Assembly: GCA_048270185.1 (NCBI GenBank)
Contig: JBLWTJ010000001.1
Coordinates: forward strand, 992,001 to 1,056,000
DNA length: 64,000 nucleotides
Origin: Bacteriovoracaceae bacterium
GTDB taxonomy: Bacteria; Bdellovibrionota; Bacteriovoracia; Bacteriovoracales; Bacteriovoracaceae
Direction of reading: 5' to 3'
The position numbers were made by a program, and so were the translations under genes. How positions within the stretch are numbered: the first letter of the stretch is position 1; every line of letters starts with the position of its first letter. The notes under the pieces are model-generated. The model saw only the letters and a program-made list of their open reading frames with translations, was not told the DNA's origin and made no database searches. Below, piece after piece: positions 1 through 8,908 of this stretch.

Positions 1-278
1 CAGCTGTGATACTCATAGTGAAGCATCAGCTTAATGTGGTGATCTTCTTCCTCTCCTACTGGCCAGAAATTTGGCGCATGTGAAACCTGAAGATCCCAAA
101 GATTATCAGCAGTACAAAATGCTAGTGCTGAATCATAGTGAAGCATATCAGCAGTAAACTCAATGGCCTCAACTTTCGCTTCGTCGTTTTCAAATCTTAG
201 ACACTCATTAGATCCATTAAGGGCAAATGCACTTGCGCTTAGGAAGAGAGCGACAATTAATAGTGTTGCGTGTTTCAT
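1..278 (-). CDS. Secreted hypothetical protein, 3' end runs off the window (MKHATLLIVALFLSASAFA-LNGSNECLRF...)
   Basis: Translated by hand. ATG at 278, AGGAGA SD at 283-288, Sec signal peptide, open to position 1. Not in the ORF track. Confidence 0.8.
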   Translation of the reverse strand, partial: MKHATLLIVALFLSASAFALNGSNECLRFENDEAKVEAIEFTADMLHYDSALAFCTADNLWDLQVSHAPNFWPVGEEEDHHIKLMLHYEYHS

Positions 279-420
279 TCTATCTCCTCATCAACTTAGA
301 ACAAGACAGTTCTACTTACCAAACTCTAGTTTGACAAAACCTACCGCGTTAAAAAAGTCCCCAATAATAAAACATAAGGTACTGAAACTATTGATTTAGA
401 TAAAAGATTTCTAAAAGTAG

Positions 421-448
421 TGATCCATTACTGATCTTGGGACGTATT
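421..448 (+). promoter_or_regulatory. sigmaE/ChrR (ECF11)-type promoter TGATCC-N16-CGTATT
   Basis: TGATCC 421-426, 16-nt spacer, CGTA 443-446. Downstream genes are typical of the photo-oxidative stress regulon. Confidence 0.7.
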
Positions 449-475
449 CATGAATATAAAACAAGTGAGGTAAAT

Positions 476-1840
476 GTGAATATCTTAGTGACTGGAGCGA
501 CAGGACTAATTGGAAAAAAACTAGTGTACGAACTCGTACTAGCTGGTCATGAAAATATTCGAATCCTTACAAGAGATGTAGAAAAGGCCCGTGAAGAACT
601 GCCTTTACCTCTAAGATTCCATGTATGGAATCCATCACAGATGACGATAGATGAAGATGCCCTCAAAGAGGTTGATATTATTTATCATCTAGCAGGTGAA
701 AATATTGCAAGTGCAAGATGGAGCAAGAAACAAAAAGAAAAAATTCTTAACTCGAGAAAGAACTCAACTCGACTGCTTGTGGATACAATCAACCGCCTCG
801 ATATTAAAGTACAAAAATTTATTAGCGCAAGTGCTATAGGAATCTATGGTAATACAGGAAAAGTAATCATTGATGAGGAGTCATCTTATGCTGATGACTT
901 CCTCGCCAATGTTTGCAAGAGCTGGGAAGAAGAGCTTAAAAACTTAAAAGATAAGAATATAAAAACTTACTTTGTGAGAACAGGAATTGTTCTTGCAAGA
1001 GAGGGCGGGGCCTTAGCGAAGATGCTTCCAGCTTTTAATATGGGAGTAGCAGGAATACTTGGAAGTGGTAAACAGTATATGAGCTGGATTCACATTCAAG
1101 ACTTGACTCGTATCTATCTAAACTTGCTATCAACATCATTAGAATCAGGGCCTATCAATGCTACGGCCCCAAACCCTGTAACAAACAAAGAGTTTACGAA
1201 AAGACTGGGAAGTGCCCTTTCAAGACCAACATTACTTCCAGCGCCAGCCTTTGCACTTAAAATTGCTCTTGGCGAATTATCAACTCTTCTACTAGATGGC
1301 CAACGAGTTATGCCAATGCGTTTAATCGACAGTGGGTTTGAGTTTAAGTATTCAACATTAAAATGTGCTTTTGAAGAACTACTAAATGAAGACAAAATTT
1401 TTGAACAATTACAGTGGATCGACTGGCCTGTAACTCCAGTCTTTGATTTCTTTAGTGATGAAAAGAACCTGGAGAATATCACACCTGATTCATTAAGCTT
1501 TAAAGTTTTAAATAAGAGCACTGAAAATATTGAAAAAGGGACAATCATTAACTATCGCCTAAGTCTCTATGGCCTACCATTTAAGTGGCGTACAGAGATT
1601 TCTGAGTTCAATAGTGGTGAATCATTTAAAGATATTCAATTAAAAGGTCCCTATAAGAAGTGGGAGCATACCCACGGTTTTATCCCCTATCAAAATGGAA
1701 CTCTAATGACTGATCATGTTCGCTATCAAGTACCTCTTGGTTCAATTGGGAGTCTTGTGGCCGGAGCATTTGTCAGACGTGATATCCAGAAAATATTTAA
1801 TTATCGCAAGAAGAGTCTTGCCAATTTTTTTAGTAAGTAA
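476..1840 (+). CDS. TIGR01777 NAD-dependent epimerase (DUF1731) fused to a C-terminal SRPBCC domain
   Basis: ILVTGATGLIG, HLAGENIA..RWS, SWIHIQD, then FDFFSD..NL..ITP and GPYKKWEHTH. GTG start at 476 after GAGG is more likely than 437. Confidence 0.9.
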   Translation: MNILVTGATGLIGKKLVYELVLAGHENIRILTRDVEKAREELPLPLRFHVWNPSQMTIDEDALKEVDIIYHLAGENIASARWSKKQKEKILNSRKNSTRLLVDTINRLDIKVQKFISASAIGIYGNTGKVIIDEESSYADDFLANVCKSWEEELKNLKDKNIKTYFVRTGIVLAREGGALAKMLPAFNMGVAGILGSGKQYMSWIHIQDLTRIYLNLLSTSLESGPINATAPNPVTNKEFTKRLGSALSRPTLLPAPAFALKIALGELSTLLLDGQRVMPMRLIDSGFEFKYSTLKCAFEELLNEDKIFEQLQWIDWPVTPVFDFFSDEKNLENITPDSLSFKVLNKSTENIEKGTIINYRLSLYGLPFKWRTEISEFNSGESFKDIQLKGPYKKWEHTHGFIPYQNGTLMTDHVRYQVPLGSIGSLVAGAFVRRDIQKIFNYRKKSLANFFSK

Positions 1841-1851
1841 AAGGAGAATTA

Positions 1852-2385
1852 ATGAAGAAGTTAATGTTAATGTTCGCTATTCTAACAAGTTCAATCGCTC
1901 TAGCTAGTTCTGATCTTCCACTTGATACTGTCAGCAAAGTTGACTTAAATCGTTACATTGGAAAGTGGTACGAAATTGCTCGCTTTGAGCAAAGCTTCCA
2001 AAAAGGTTGTACAGCAGTCGAGGCCAATTACTCTCTACGAAAAGATGGAGATATTAAAGTAGTAAATAAGTGCCGTCTAAATACTCCAGATGGAGAACTA
2101 AAAGAATCTGAAGCACGAGCATGGGTTAAAGATAAAGAAACGAATGCAAAACTTAAGGTTCAATTCTTCTTAAGAGGAATTAAATTACCAATCTTTGCAG
2201 GAAATTACTGGATTCTTGAACTTGATGATGATTATCAATATGCTCTTGTCGGTGATAAGTCGAGAAAGTATCTGTGGATTCTTTCACGTACAAATACACT
2301 TGATGAAAAAATTTACTTAGAATTAGTTGCAAAGGCCCGCGACTTACACTTTGATGTAAGTAAGCTTATCAAAACAAAACACTAA
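1852..2385 (+). CDS. blc: Bacterial lipocalin (Blc family)
   Basis: DLNRYIGKWYEIAR, YWILELDDDYQYALVG, YLWILSR; signal peptide; AGGAG SD. Confidence 0.92.
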   Translation: MKKLMLMFAILTSSIALASSDLPLDTVSKVDLNRYIGKWYEIARFEQSFQKGCTAVEANYSLRKDGDIKVVNKCRLNTPDGELKESEARAWVKDKETNAKLKVQFFLRGIKLPIFAGNYWILELDDDYQYALVGDKSRKYLWILSRTNTLDEKIYLELVAKARDLHFDVSKLIKTKH

Positions 2386-2398
2386 CAAGGAGCATAGG

Positions 2399-3358
2399 AT
2401 GACAAAGGAAAGGCCCCTCATAGCAATCAGTTCTTGCCTACTTGGTGATAATATCCGTTACAATGGTGGGCATTGCCGTGAAGATTGGGTCTTTCATGAA
2501 TTGTCAAAATATGTCGACTTTCTTCCGATATGCCCCGAGGTCGAAATGGGCCTCGGGGTCCCTCGTGAAGAGATCCATCTCTTTGTGAATGACAGGAATG
2601 ACAAAGAGATAAAAATTCGAAAGAAGTTCTCACAGGATGATCTTACCGACGCTGCCTTAAAAACATATACTAAAATAAGCTCACGACTAAACGATGCTAG
2701 AATTGACGGGCATATATTAACTAGAAAGTCCCCAACATGTGGAACTGACAATGTTAAAACGGTTACATTAAATGATCCAAATTATGTCATTAAATCAACA
2801 GGCCTCTATGCTCAATATCTTTTTGACCACTATGGACAAATCCCCGTCATTGATAGTGGACGAATTAAGAATCTTGAACTTCGAGAAAATTTCATCAAGA
2901 GAATTTTTTCCCATTTTAGATTTATGCAATTAGATAGAAAGATATCGGCACTTCAGAAATTTCATCAACAATACAAGTACTCGATCATGGAGCACGATCA
3001 GAATAGACTACGACGATTAGGGGCCATTGCCGCGAATCATGAAAGATATGAAATCGAAGAAGTCTTTAAAAACTACTATGATCTCTATATGGAGACGATG
3101 GCAATTGTTCCATCGCGAAAGAATCGTCTCAATGCCTGTTATCATGTCTTTGGCTACTTCAAGAATGAGCTTCATAGCAAAGAGAAAGAATCATTATTAA
3201 AGCTAATGGAAGACTACCAAAATGGCATTACTAATTATTTAACAATAAATTCATTTCTAAGTGTACTCTCAAACGCTCACGAGAAAGACTATCTTAAGGG
3301 ACAATACTTATTTGAGCCATATCCAAAAGAATTAAAACTTTTAAAGAATATTGCTTAA
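2399..3358 (+). CDS. DUF523/DUF1722 (YbgA; 2-thiouracil desulfidase-like Fe-S domain) protein
   Basis: ISSCLLG..RYNGG, CPEVEMGLGVPR, KSPTCG, HVFGYFK, C-terminal YP.EL. Confidence 0.9.
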   Translation: MTKERPLIAISSCLLGDNIRYNGGHCREDWVFHELSKYVDFLPICPEVEMGLGVPREEIHLFVNDRNDKEIKIRKKFSQDDLTDAALKTYTKISSRLNDARIDGHILTRKSPTCGTDNVKTVTLNDPNYVIKSTGLYAQYLFDHYGQIPVIDSGRIKNLELRENFIKRIFSHFRFMQLDRKISALQKFHQQYKYSIMEHDQNRLRRLGAIAANHERYEIEEVFKNYYDLYMETMAIVPSRKNRLNACYHVFGYFKNELHSKEKESLLKLMEDYQNGITNYLTINSFLSVLSNAHEKDYLKGQYLFEPYPKELKLLKNIA

Positions 3359-3381
3359 TATGGGTCAAAGATGAGTCAAAG

Positions 3382-4671
3382 ATGAGCAAGAAAGAAGTTA
3401 ATATATTTTGGTTTCGCCGTGATCTTAGATTAAAAGATAATCATGGACTTCTGCAGGCCCTACAGTCTGGTCGGCCAGTCATTCCTATATTCATCTTTGA
3501 TACAACCATACTTGAGAAACTTAAGGATAAGAACGATCTACGCGTTAATTTTATCCATCAAGTAATTAAAGAACTAAAAACTGAATTAAATGAAATTGGA
3601 TCAGATTTACTCACATTCCATGACAAACCTGAAAGCGTCTTTAAAAAACTACTCAAAGACTATGCTATTGAAAGCGTCTTTGCCAACGAGGATTACGAAC
3701 CTCAAGCAATAAAGCGAGACCAGCAAATAGCTAAAATAATAAAACTACAACTTTTTAAGGATCATTGTATCTTTGTCAAAGATGAGATTTTAAAAGATAA
3801 CGGAAAACCTTATATTGTCTATACTCCTTATAAGAATAAGTGGTTGTCGCAACTGGGCCCGAAGGATCTTGCTACATTTAATACAAAGAAATACTTCGAT
3901 ATTTTCAAGAATATAAAACCAACACCACTTCAATCGATTGAAGATCTTGGATTCATCTACAATGAAAAAGTTCAAGGCTTTAAAAAGACCATCAAAGGCA
4001 AAATCATTGATGAGTACGATCGGGTGCGCGACATCCCTTCTTTAGATGCCACATCGAAGTTGGGAATACATCTGCGCTTTGGTACTATCTCTATTAGAAA
4101 ATGTGCACAAATTGGCCATGAAAGAAATGCTACGTGGCTTAGCGAATTAATTTGGCGCGAGTTCTTTATTCAAATCATGTACCACTTCCCTCATGCTATG
4201 AAGGGTGCATTTCGAGAGAAATATGATGCCATTAAATGGGATAATGATAAGAAGCTATTTAAACTTTGGTGCCAGGGCAGAACAGGCTTCCCAATTGTCG
4301 ATGCAGGTATGCGAGAACTAAATGAAACAGGTCATATGCACAATAGAGTGCGAATGATTGCAGCTTCATTTTTAATTAAAGACCTATTAATCGATTGGCG
4401 TTGGGGGGAAGAATACTTTGCACGAAAGCTAAATGACTTTGAACTTGCTTCAAATAATGGAAACTGGCAATGGGTTGCAGGAACTGGCTGCGACGCTGCT
4501 CCTTATTTCAGGATCTTTAACCCTTATACTCAGCAAAAGAAGTTTGATCCTGACTTAGAATATATCAAAAGGTGGATTCCTGAGTTTGGCACACAAGAGT
4601 ATCCAGAGGAGATTGTCGATCATAAGATCGCCTATCATCGAGCGATTAATACGTACAAAGCTGTCGACTAG
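3382..4671 (+). CDS. phrB: Deoxyribodipyrimidine (CPD) photolyase
   Basis: WFRRDLRLKDN, ELIWREFF, TGFPIVDAGMREL, MHNRVRM, NNGNWQW, RIFNP. Confidence 0.96.
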   Translation: MSKKEVNIFWFRRDLRLKDNHGLLQALQSGRPVIPIFIFDTTILEKLKDKNDLRVNFIHQVIKELKTELNEIGSDLLTFHDKPESVFKKLLKDYAIESVFANEDYEPQAIKRDQQIAKIIKLQLFKDHCIFVKDEILKDNGKPYIVYTPYKNKWLSQLGPKDLATFNTKKYFDIFKNIKPTPLQSIEDLGFIYNEKVQGFKKTIKGKIIDEYDRVRDIPSLDATSKLGIHLRFGTISIRKCAQIGHERNATWLSELIWREFFIQIMYHFPHAMKGAFREKYDAIKWDNDKKLFKLWCQGRTGFPIVDAGMRELNETGHMHNRVRMIAASFLIKDLLIDWRWGEEYFARKLNDFELASNNGNWQWVAGTGCDAAPYFRIFNPYTQQKKFDPDLEYIKRWIPEFGTQEYPEEIVDHKIAYHRAINTYKAVD

Positions 4672-4674
4672 GGT

Positions 4675-6078
4675 TTAGAGGATTATTCGAAATGTTGTAT
4701 TTTCTGCTTCAGGTACAACACAAAGTTTATAACCTGCTTTATCTAGTATTCTCTTACTAATAGCGAGTCCTATTCCGTGACCACCATTTGATAACTTTGT
4801 TGAATAGCCAAATTTAAATAGGTCATTTAAGGCCTTATCTGCGACACCGCTACCACAATCGACAATATCTAAAGTTCTATCCTTAGCGTTGGCCACAACT
4901 TTAACCCAAGGATTTTCGTACTTACCTTCAATAGTAACTTCCTCAAGTGCATTCTTTAGAAGATTTACAATACAAATTGAAATTTCCGTTTGATTGCTGT
5001 TAAAAGAGAAATTATCAATATCAAACTCTAATCTCGTCCCCGCTTCTTCAAACTTATGAATTAATAATTCCTTCACATCCTCAATTACATCTTGAACACA
5101 AACTTCTTGATCTTCAGACATCGTATTATTTTTAAAAAGATGCATATAGAGGTCGGTGATTTCAGTGATCTTATCATTATGCTTTGCAATCAGTTCATAA
5201 CCTGAATTTAAGTTTTTTTCTCTTCCCTTTCTAATTCGATCAATCGCAACCTTTACAACAAAGAGGTGATTCTTGATATCGTGAGCGATACTTGCCGCAG
5301 CAAAGCCAAATTGGGCAACTTTTGAAAGATGCATAACTTCATTTTCCAATTGATAAACCTGCTTCGCTGCTCGATCTCGGTAAAAGAGATTAAATCGAAT
5401 GGCCTCAAAAGCATTGCCAAAGTAATAGAGAGGAAGAATTGCACCAGTAATTTCTAGTCCCAAACAACTGTCATTAATTACTGCCAAAGAAGTTGTGATG
5501 ATCCCAACTCTTAGAAGTGTTTCTTTTCGATTCGTCTTCTTCAGCTCAAGCCATATGACAGCACAAGAATAGAAGACAACGAGAGCACCAATACCTCCCA
5601 ATGCTTTTGCAAAGAGATTTGGTGAAACATGAAAATGCATGGCCTGAGCAAAAAGATCACTTTTAATATAACCATGATTATGAAAGAGAAAATTATAATC
5701 AAAGAAAATACTGCTAAAGGCACAAATGATCTGAATTCCACAGAAAATAAAACAAAAATATTCAGAGAAAACGAGGAACTTTATCTTGCGTCCAAGATAG
5801 CTTTGAACTGTCTTTAAATAACTATAGAAAGAACTATATGCAAAAACCCAGTAAAAGATATAAATATTGTCAGTTATATTTTGGGAAATGAAGTGAGTAT
5901 TAAATCCCATTAGGAAACAATAGGCTGCTGTTGTAAAACACATCACCGCAGGCCATAAAGATGCGCGGTCTCTAAGCTGTATATAGTTCCAAATACTTGA
6001 GAAGAATTGATAAATAAAGAATGAAAAAACGAAGGTCGTTAAATATCTGACAAAGTAAACATACGTTTCTAATTGCAC
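4675..6078 (-). CDS. Multi-TM sensor histidine kinase (orphan)
   Basis: About 7 hydrophobic helices, H-box IAHDIKN, NLLKNA, DCGSG, GHGIGL. GTG at 6078 or TTG at 6081 after GGAG. Confidence 0.88.
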   Translation of the reverse strand: MQLETYVYFVRYLTTFVFSFFIYQFFSSIWNYIQLRDRASLWPAVMCFTTAAYCFLMGFNTHFISQNITDNIYIFYWVFAYSSFYSYLKTVQSYLGRKIKFLVFSEYFCFIFCGIQIICAFSSIFFDYNFLFHNHGYIKSDLFAQAMHFHVSPNLFAKALGGIGALVVFYSCAVIWLELKKTNRKETLLRVGIITTSLAVINDSCLGLEITGAILPLYYFGNAFEAIRFNLFYRDRAAKQVYQLENEVMHLSKVAQFGFAAASIAHDIKNHLFVVKVAIDRIRKGREKNLNSGYELIAKHNDKITEITDLYMHLFKNNTMSEDQEVCVQDVIEDVKELLIHKFEEAGTRLEFDIDNFSFNSNQTEISICIVNLLKNALEEVTIEGKYENPWVKVVANAKDRTLDIVDCGSGVADKALNDLFKFGYSTKLSNGGHGIGLAISKRILDKAGYKLCVVPEAENTTFRIIL

Positions 6079-6152
6079 CAATCTCTCCGAGTTATCTAGA
6101 GAAATTCTATCATGTCACACTATAAATATCAGCCATTTATTTAGGTAAAGTT

Positions 6153-6177
6153 TAGAGAAGGCCATTAACCTTCTCTA
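6153..6177. terminator. Hairpin, probable terminator of the 6196-6591 gene
   Basis: tagagaagg / ccttctcta 9-bp inverted repeat. Confidence 0.55.
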
Positions 6178-6195
6178 TTTACTTAACTGTCTAAA

Positions 6196-6591
6196 CTAAA
6201 TTCGTGCACACTCACGGATTGTACGTGTCACATCAAAATCTGAGCCATAGTCGTCACTCAGATTGTACTTTACAGTTACTTCATCTGTCTCATACTCATC
6301 AGCCGCAACTTTTGTAATACAGCTTTGAAGCTCAATGCGATCATGTGCTCCACCATAGTAATTACTATTCATTTTTAAAGCAGCTTCTTTTACAAGATCA
6401 CAAACCTCATTTACATTTCCAACATAGCAAAACTTACGCTCTCTCTTTGTATCATTGGCTTTGTAATTGAAACTAGAGTCGCTAAAACCAATAATTGGGC
6501 CAATTTTCGTATCCCCTGTTACGATCATTGTTGAGTTAGCAGCTGTCGAAAATGAGCTAAATAAAACAATAAAGCTTAATAAATTCTTCAT
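6196..6591 (-). CDS. Secreted hypothetical protein
   Basis: Signal peptide, 4 Cys, 131 aa. Confidence 0.75.
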   Translation of the reverse strand: MKNLLSFIVLFSSFSTAANSTMIVTGDTKIGPIIGFSDSSFNYKANDTKRERKFCYVGNVNEVCDLVKEAALKMNSNYYGGAHDRIELQSCITKVAADEYETDEVTVKYNLSDDYGSDFDVTRTIRECARI

Positions 6592-6778
6592 ATATAGGGC
6601 CCCCTAAGTTCTAAAATACCTAATTTAATAATTTAAGAAGTGGGCTTCATATCATATTGATATGGTTATTTGAATGAGTAAGTTAAATTTACTTACCTGA
6701 ATAAATGTATAAATTTTATCGACTATCTTCCCCCAATTATCATTAGAGCATATACTGCTTCGATATTAGGGAGAATTC

Positions 6779-7726
6779 ATGAATTTACTAAAGCTATTAG
6801 TGCTACTGGCACTTATATCACCGGCCGCAATGGCAAAAACTCAACGCCTATGGGCATCGATTCCATTTATTCGTGGTGCAGACTTATGTGCTTATAAGCA
6901 AGCCTACTCCCAGACTCGCTCAGAATATATGCGTGAAATGGTGGGCCTCGCTTCCCAGCTTATGCAATCAGGAGCGAAGGGTCGAGAAGCACTTCAAATG
7001 CTTACGACTTTTGATGCCATGTATGACAAAAATATTCGTCTAGCAACTCAACACAAATATCTTGATGTGACATTAGAGAATTCATTAAAAGGTTACTTTG
7101 ATGGATACTATCGTCAATTTCCTGTTGTTAATCGTAATCTTGAGTTCGCACATATGAATAATATTCGCTACATCATGGACTCAGTCTCTAATGGACAAAG
7201 ACCTGGTTGGATACCTACAAATGCTTCAAGTCTTGTAGACTACATGGCCTATGGTTCTTACTCATTTGCGCCAAATTGTAAGGGAAATATTCAAGTGACA
7301 GTAACACTTGTTGGCAGTGACGGATCAGCACAAACATATAATGCCCTAGGTGCTCCTCATGTCGTAATGTCACAAATTGCATCACGTATGTTTGAAGACT
7401 TTCAAAGAACAAAATTTCCTTCAACTCTTAGAGTTGGAAAATACAATATGACAATTGTTGGTGCACTAAATAACTCAATTGGTAAAGCGACTAGTGTAAC
7501 TCAAGCCGAAAGAGCTTGTGACATCATTGATGCTCGACTTCCTAGAGAGTATGAACTTGAAGCAATCGACTCTTATGGAGATTGGAATGGTGGTGTTTCA
7601 ATTGGAAACACTGTCTGGGCCATTGATGGTGGAATGGTTTATCACCCAGGACTCATGAACCCTACTCCTGTTCGCAGGCCATCTCAAGTAAACACAAAAG
7701 TATTCTCATACTACTGTGTAAAATAA
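6779..7726 (+). CDS. Secreted protein with a C-terminal C-type-lectin-like (DUF1566/Lcl-like) module
   Basis: Signal peptide (AMA). QAERAC....RLP..YEL ...W... YYCVK pattern at the C-terminus. Confidence 0.55.
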   Translation: MNLLKLLVLLALISPAAMAKTQRLWASIPFIRGADLCAYKQAYSQTRSEYMREMVGLASQLMQSGAKGREALQMLTTFDAMYDKNIRLATQHKYLDVTLENSLKGYFDGYYRQFPVVNRNLEFAHMNNIRYIMDSVSNGQRPGWIPTNASSLVDYMAYGSYSFAPNCKGNIQVTVTLVGSDGSAQTYNALGAPHVVMSQIASRMFEDFQRTKFPSTLRVGKYNMTIVGALNNSIGKATSVTQAERACDIIDARLPREYELEAIDSYGDWNGGVSIGNTVWAIDGGMVYHPGLMNPTPVRRPSQVNTKVFSYYCVK

Positions 7727-7747
7727 ATTTTATGCTATAATACCCTC

Positions 7748-8797
7748 ATGGATAGAGGGTATAAAATTTTTATTATTTTAATGGTGACATTTCTGTCACA
7801 AATCACATTAGCACTCGATATTAAAATTGATGAATCAGCATTGAAAGAATTATATCAAGATGCAACCTCAAAGAAGTATGCTTATTTTATCTCAGATTCA
7901 GGAGGCGGAAAGATTCGTCTAAAAGGTCAATCTTCTTTGAGAAGTTGTCTTAAATCAAAGGCTTTTGATTTTAAACAATGTCTTGCAGCTCAATATCGAA
8001 TTAAATCAACCTCTAAGTACAACCAATATGACCTTCATCCAATTACACCGACTAAAAATATTTTCAAAGGTGCTGGTGAGTTAGTTATTATTAGTATCCT
8101 TGAGGCATTGAACTCTCCATATAAGAGAGATTATTCAATCGAAAAATTAAATATAAACGGAAAGTGTATGGGAGTTTATCTCATGCAAAAGCGAATTGAA
8201 AAACAAGTCGATGGATTTAGAATTAAAGTCTCACCCTATAATAAAGTTGGTCTAAATCGCTACAAGAAATATAAACCAAAGAAGGCCAAAAAATATGACG
8301 AGATCATTTCACTAAAACAAGAAGATTTAAAGCTAAGTGATCTTGAGACGACTTCAATCATTGATAGCATGATCATCGAGTTATTCTTCCATCATACAGA
8401 TATAGACTTCACTGAAGACAACGAAAGAAATTTCTTCTTCCTCTATGATAAGCATAAAAAGCTTGGTTTCTACATTGATGATCTTGACGGCTTCTTCAAT
8501 AGTTGGAAATCAAAAGAAGAAGTTCAGGCAAAAGTTAAAAGTAATTTCTTCTATGATTTTATTTTGAATGACCCAGTGGGGAAGAAACTAGTTCAGCAAA
8601 GATATAAGAAATTCTATGATTATATCAACTCAACTCAGTTTAAGATAATGTATAAGAAGCTTATAACGACTGTTTCAGAGCAGTCAAGACAATGTCTTAT
8701 TGCAAGCACTCAATTCGTCATGGGGCCAAATGATATCTTTCTTGAAAAGATATTTGATAAGAAAAGACATGATATCCTAAAAGGAATCCTATACTAG
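7748..8797 (+). CDS. Secreted CotH-like kinase-fold protein (divergent)
   Basis: IRLKGQSS, LNINGKCMGVYLM, HTD...NFFFLY, DDLD resemble CotH motifs; N-terminal signal. Confidence 0.6.
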   Translation: MDRGYKIFIILMVTFLSQITLALDIKIDESALKELYQDATSKKYAYFISDSGGGKIRLKGQSSLRSCLKSKAFDFKQCLAAQYRIKSTSKYNQYDLHPITPTKNIFKGAGELVIISILEALNSPYKRDYSIEKLNINGKCMGVYLMQKRIEKQVDGFRIKVSPYNKVGLNRYKKYKPKKAKKYDEIISLKQEDLKLSDLETTSIIDSMIIELFFHHTDIDFTEDNERNFFFLYDKHKKLGFYIDDLDGFFNSWKSKEEVQAKVKSNFFYDFILNDPVGKKLVQQRYKKFYDYINSTQFKIMYKKLITTVSEQSRQCLIASTQFVMGPNDIFLEKIFDKKRHDILKGILY

Positions 8798-8810
8798 CTA
8801 CACTTAAAAG

Positions 8811-8824
8811 TTGATTTCTGTCAT
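8811..8824 (+). promoter_or_regulatory. FNR/CRP-family box upstream of hemN
   Basis: TTGAT-TTCT-GTCAT versus consensus TTGAT-N4-ATCAA. hemN is a classic FNR target. Confidence 0.55.
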
Positions 8825-8908
8825 AAAAATCTCAAAAAACCTATTCTAGATCATCTTTTTTTTGATTCTCTTAAACTAAGATGAGCACAAGAGTCTCAGG
8901 AGAAGAAT

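Noticed and set aside
13..146. Repeat tcatagtgaagcat at 13-26 and 133-146
   Set aside because: Only two copies, 120 bp apart and in frame (MLHY motif) within a CDS; not a CRISPR array.
163..399. 78-aa + strand ORF in the track
   Set aside because: Antisense to a better minus-strand gene (1-278) that has an SD and signal peptide.
6740..6766. sigma28 promoter TCAT-N15-TTCGATAT before 6779
   Set aside because: Both boxes are weak and a sigma70-like TATCAT overlaps; ambiguous.
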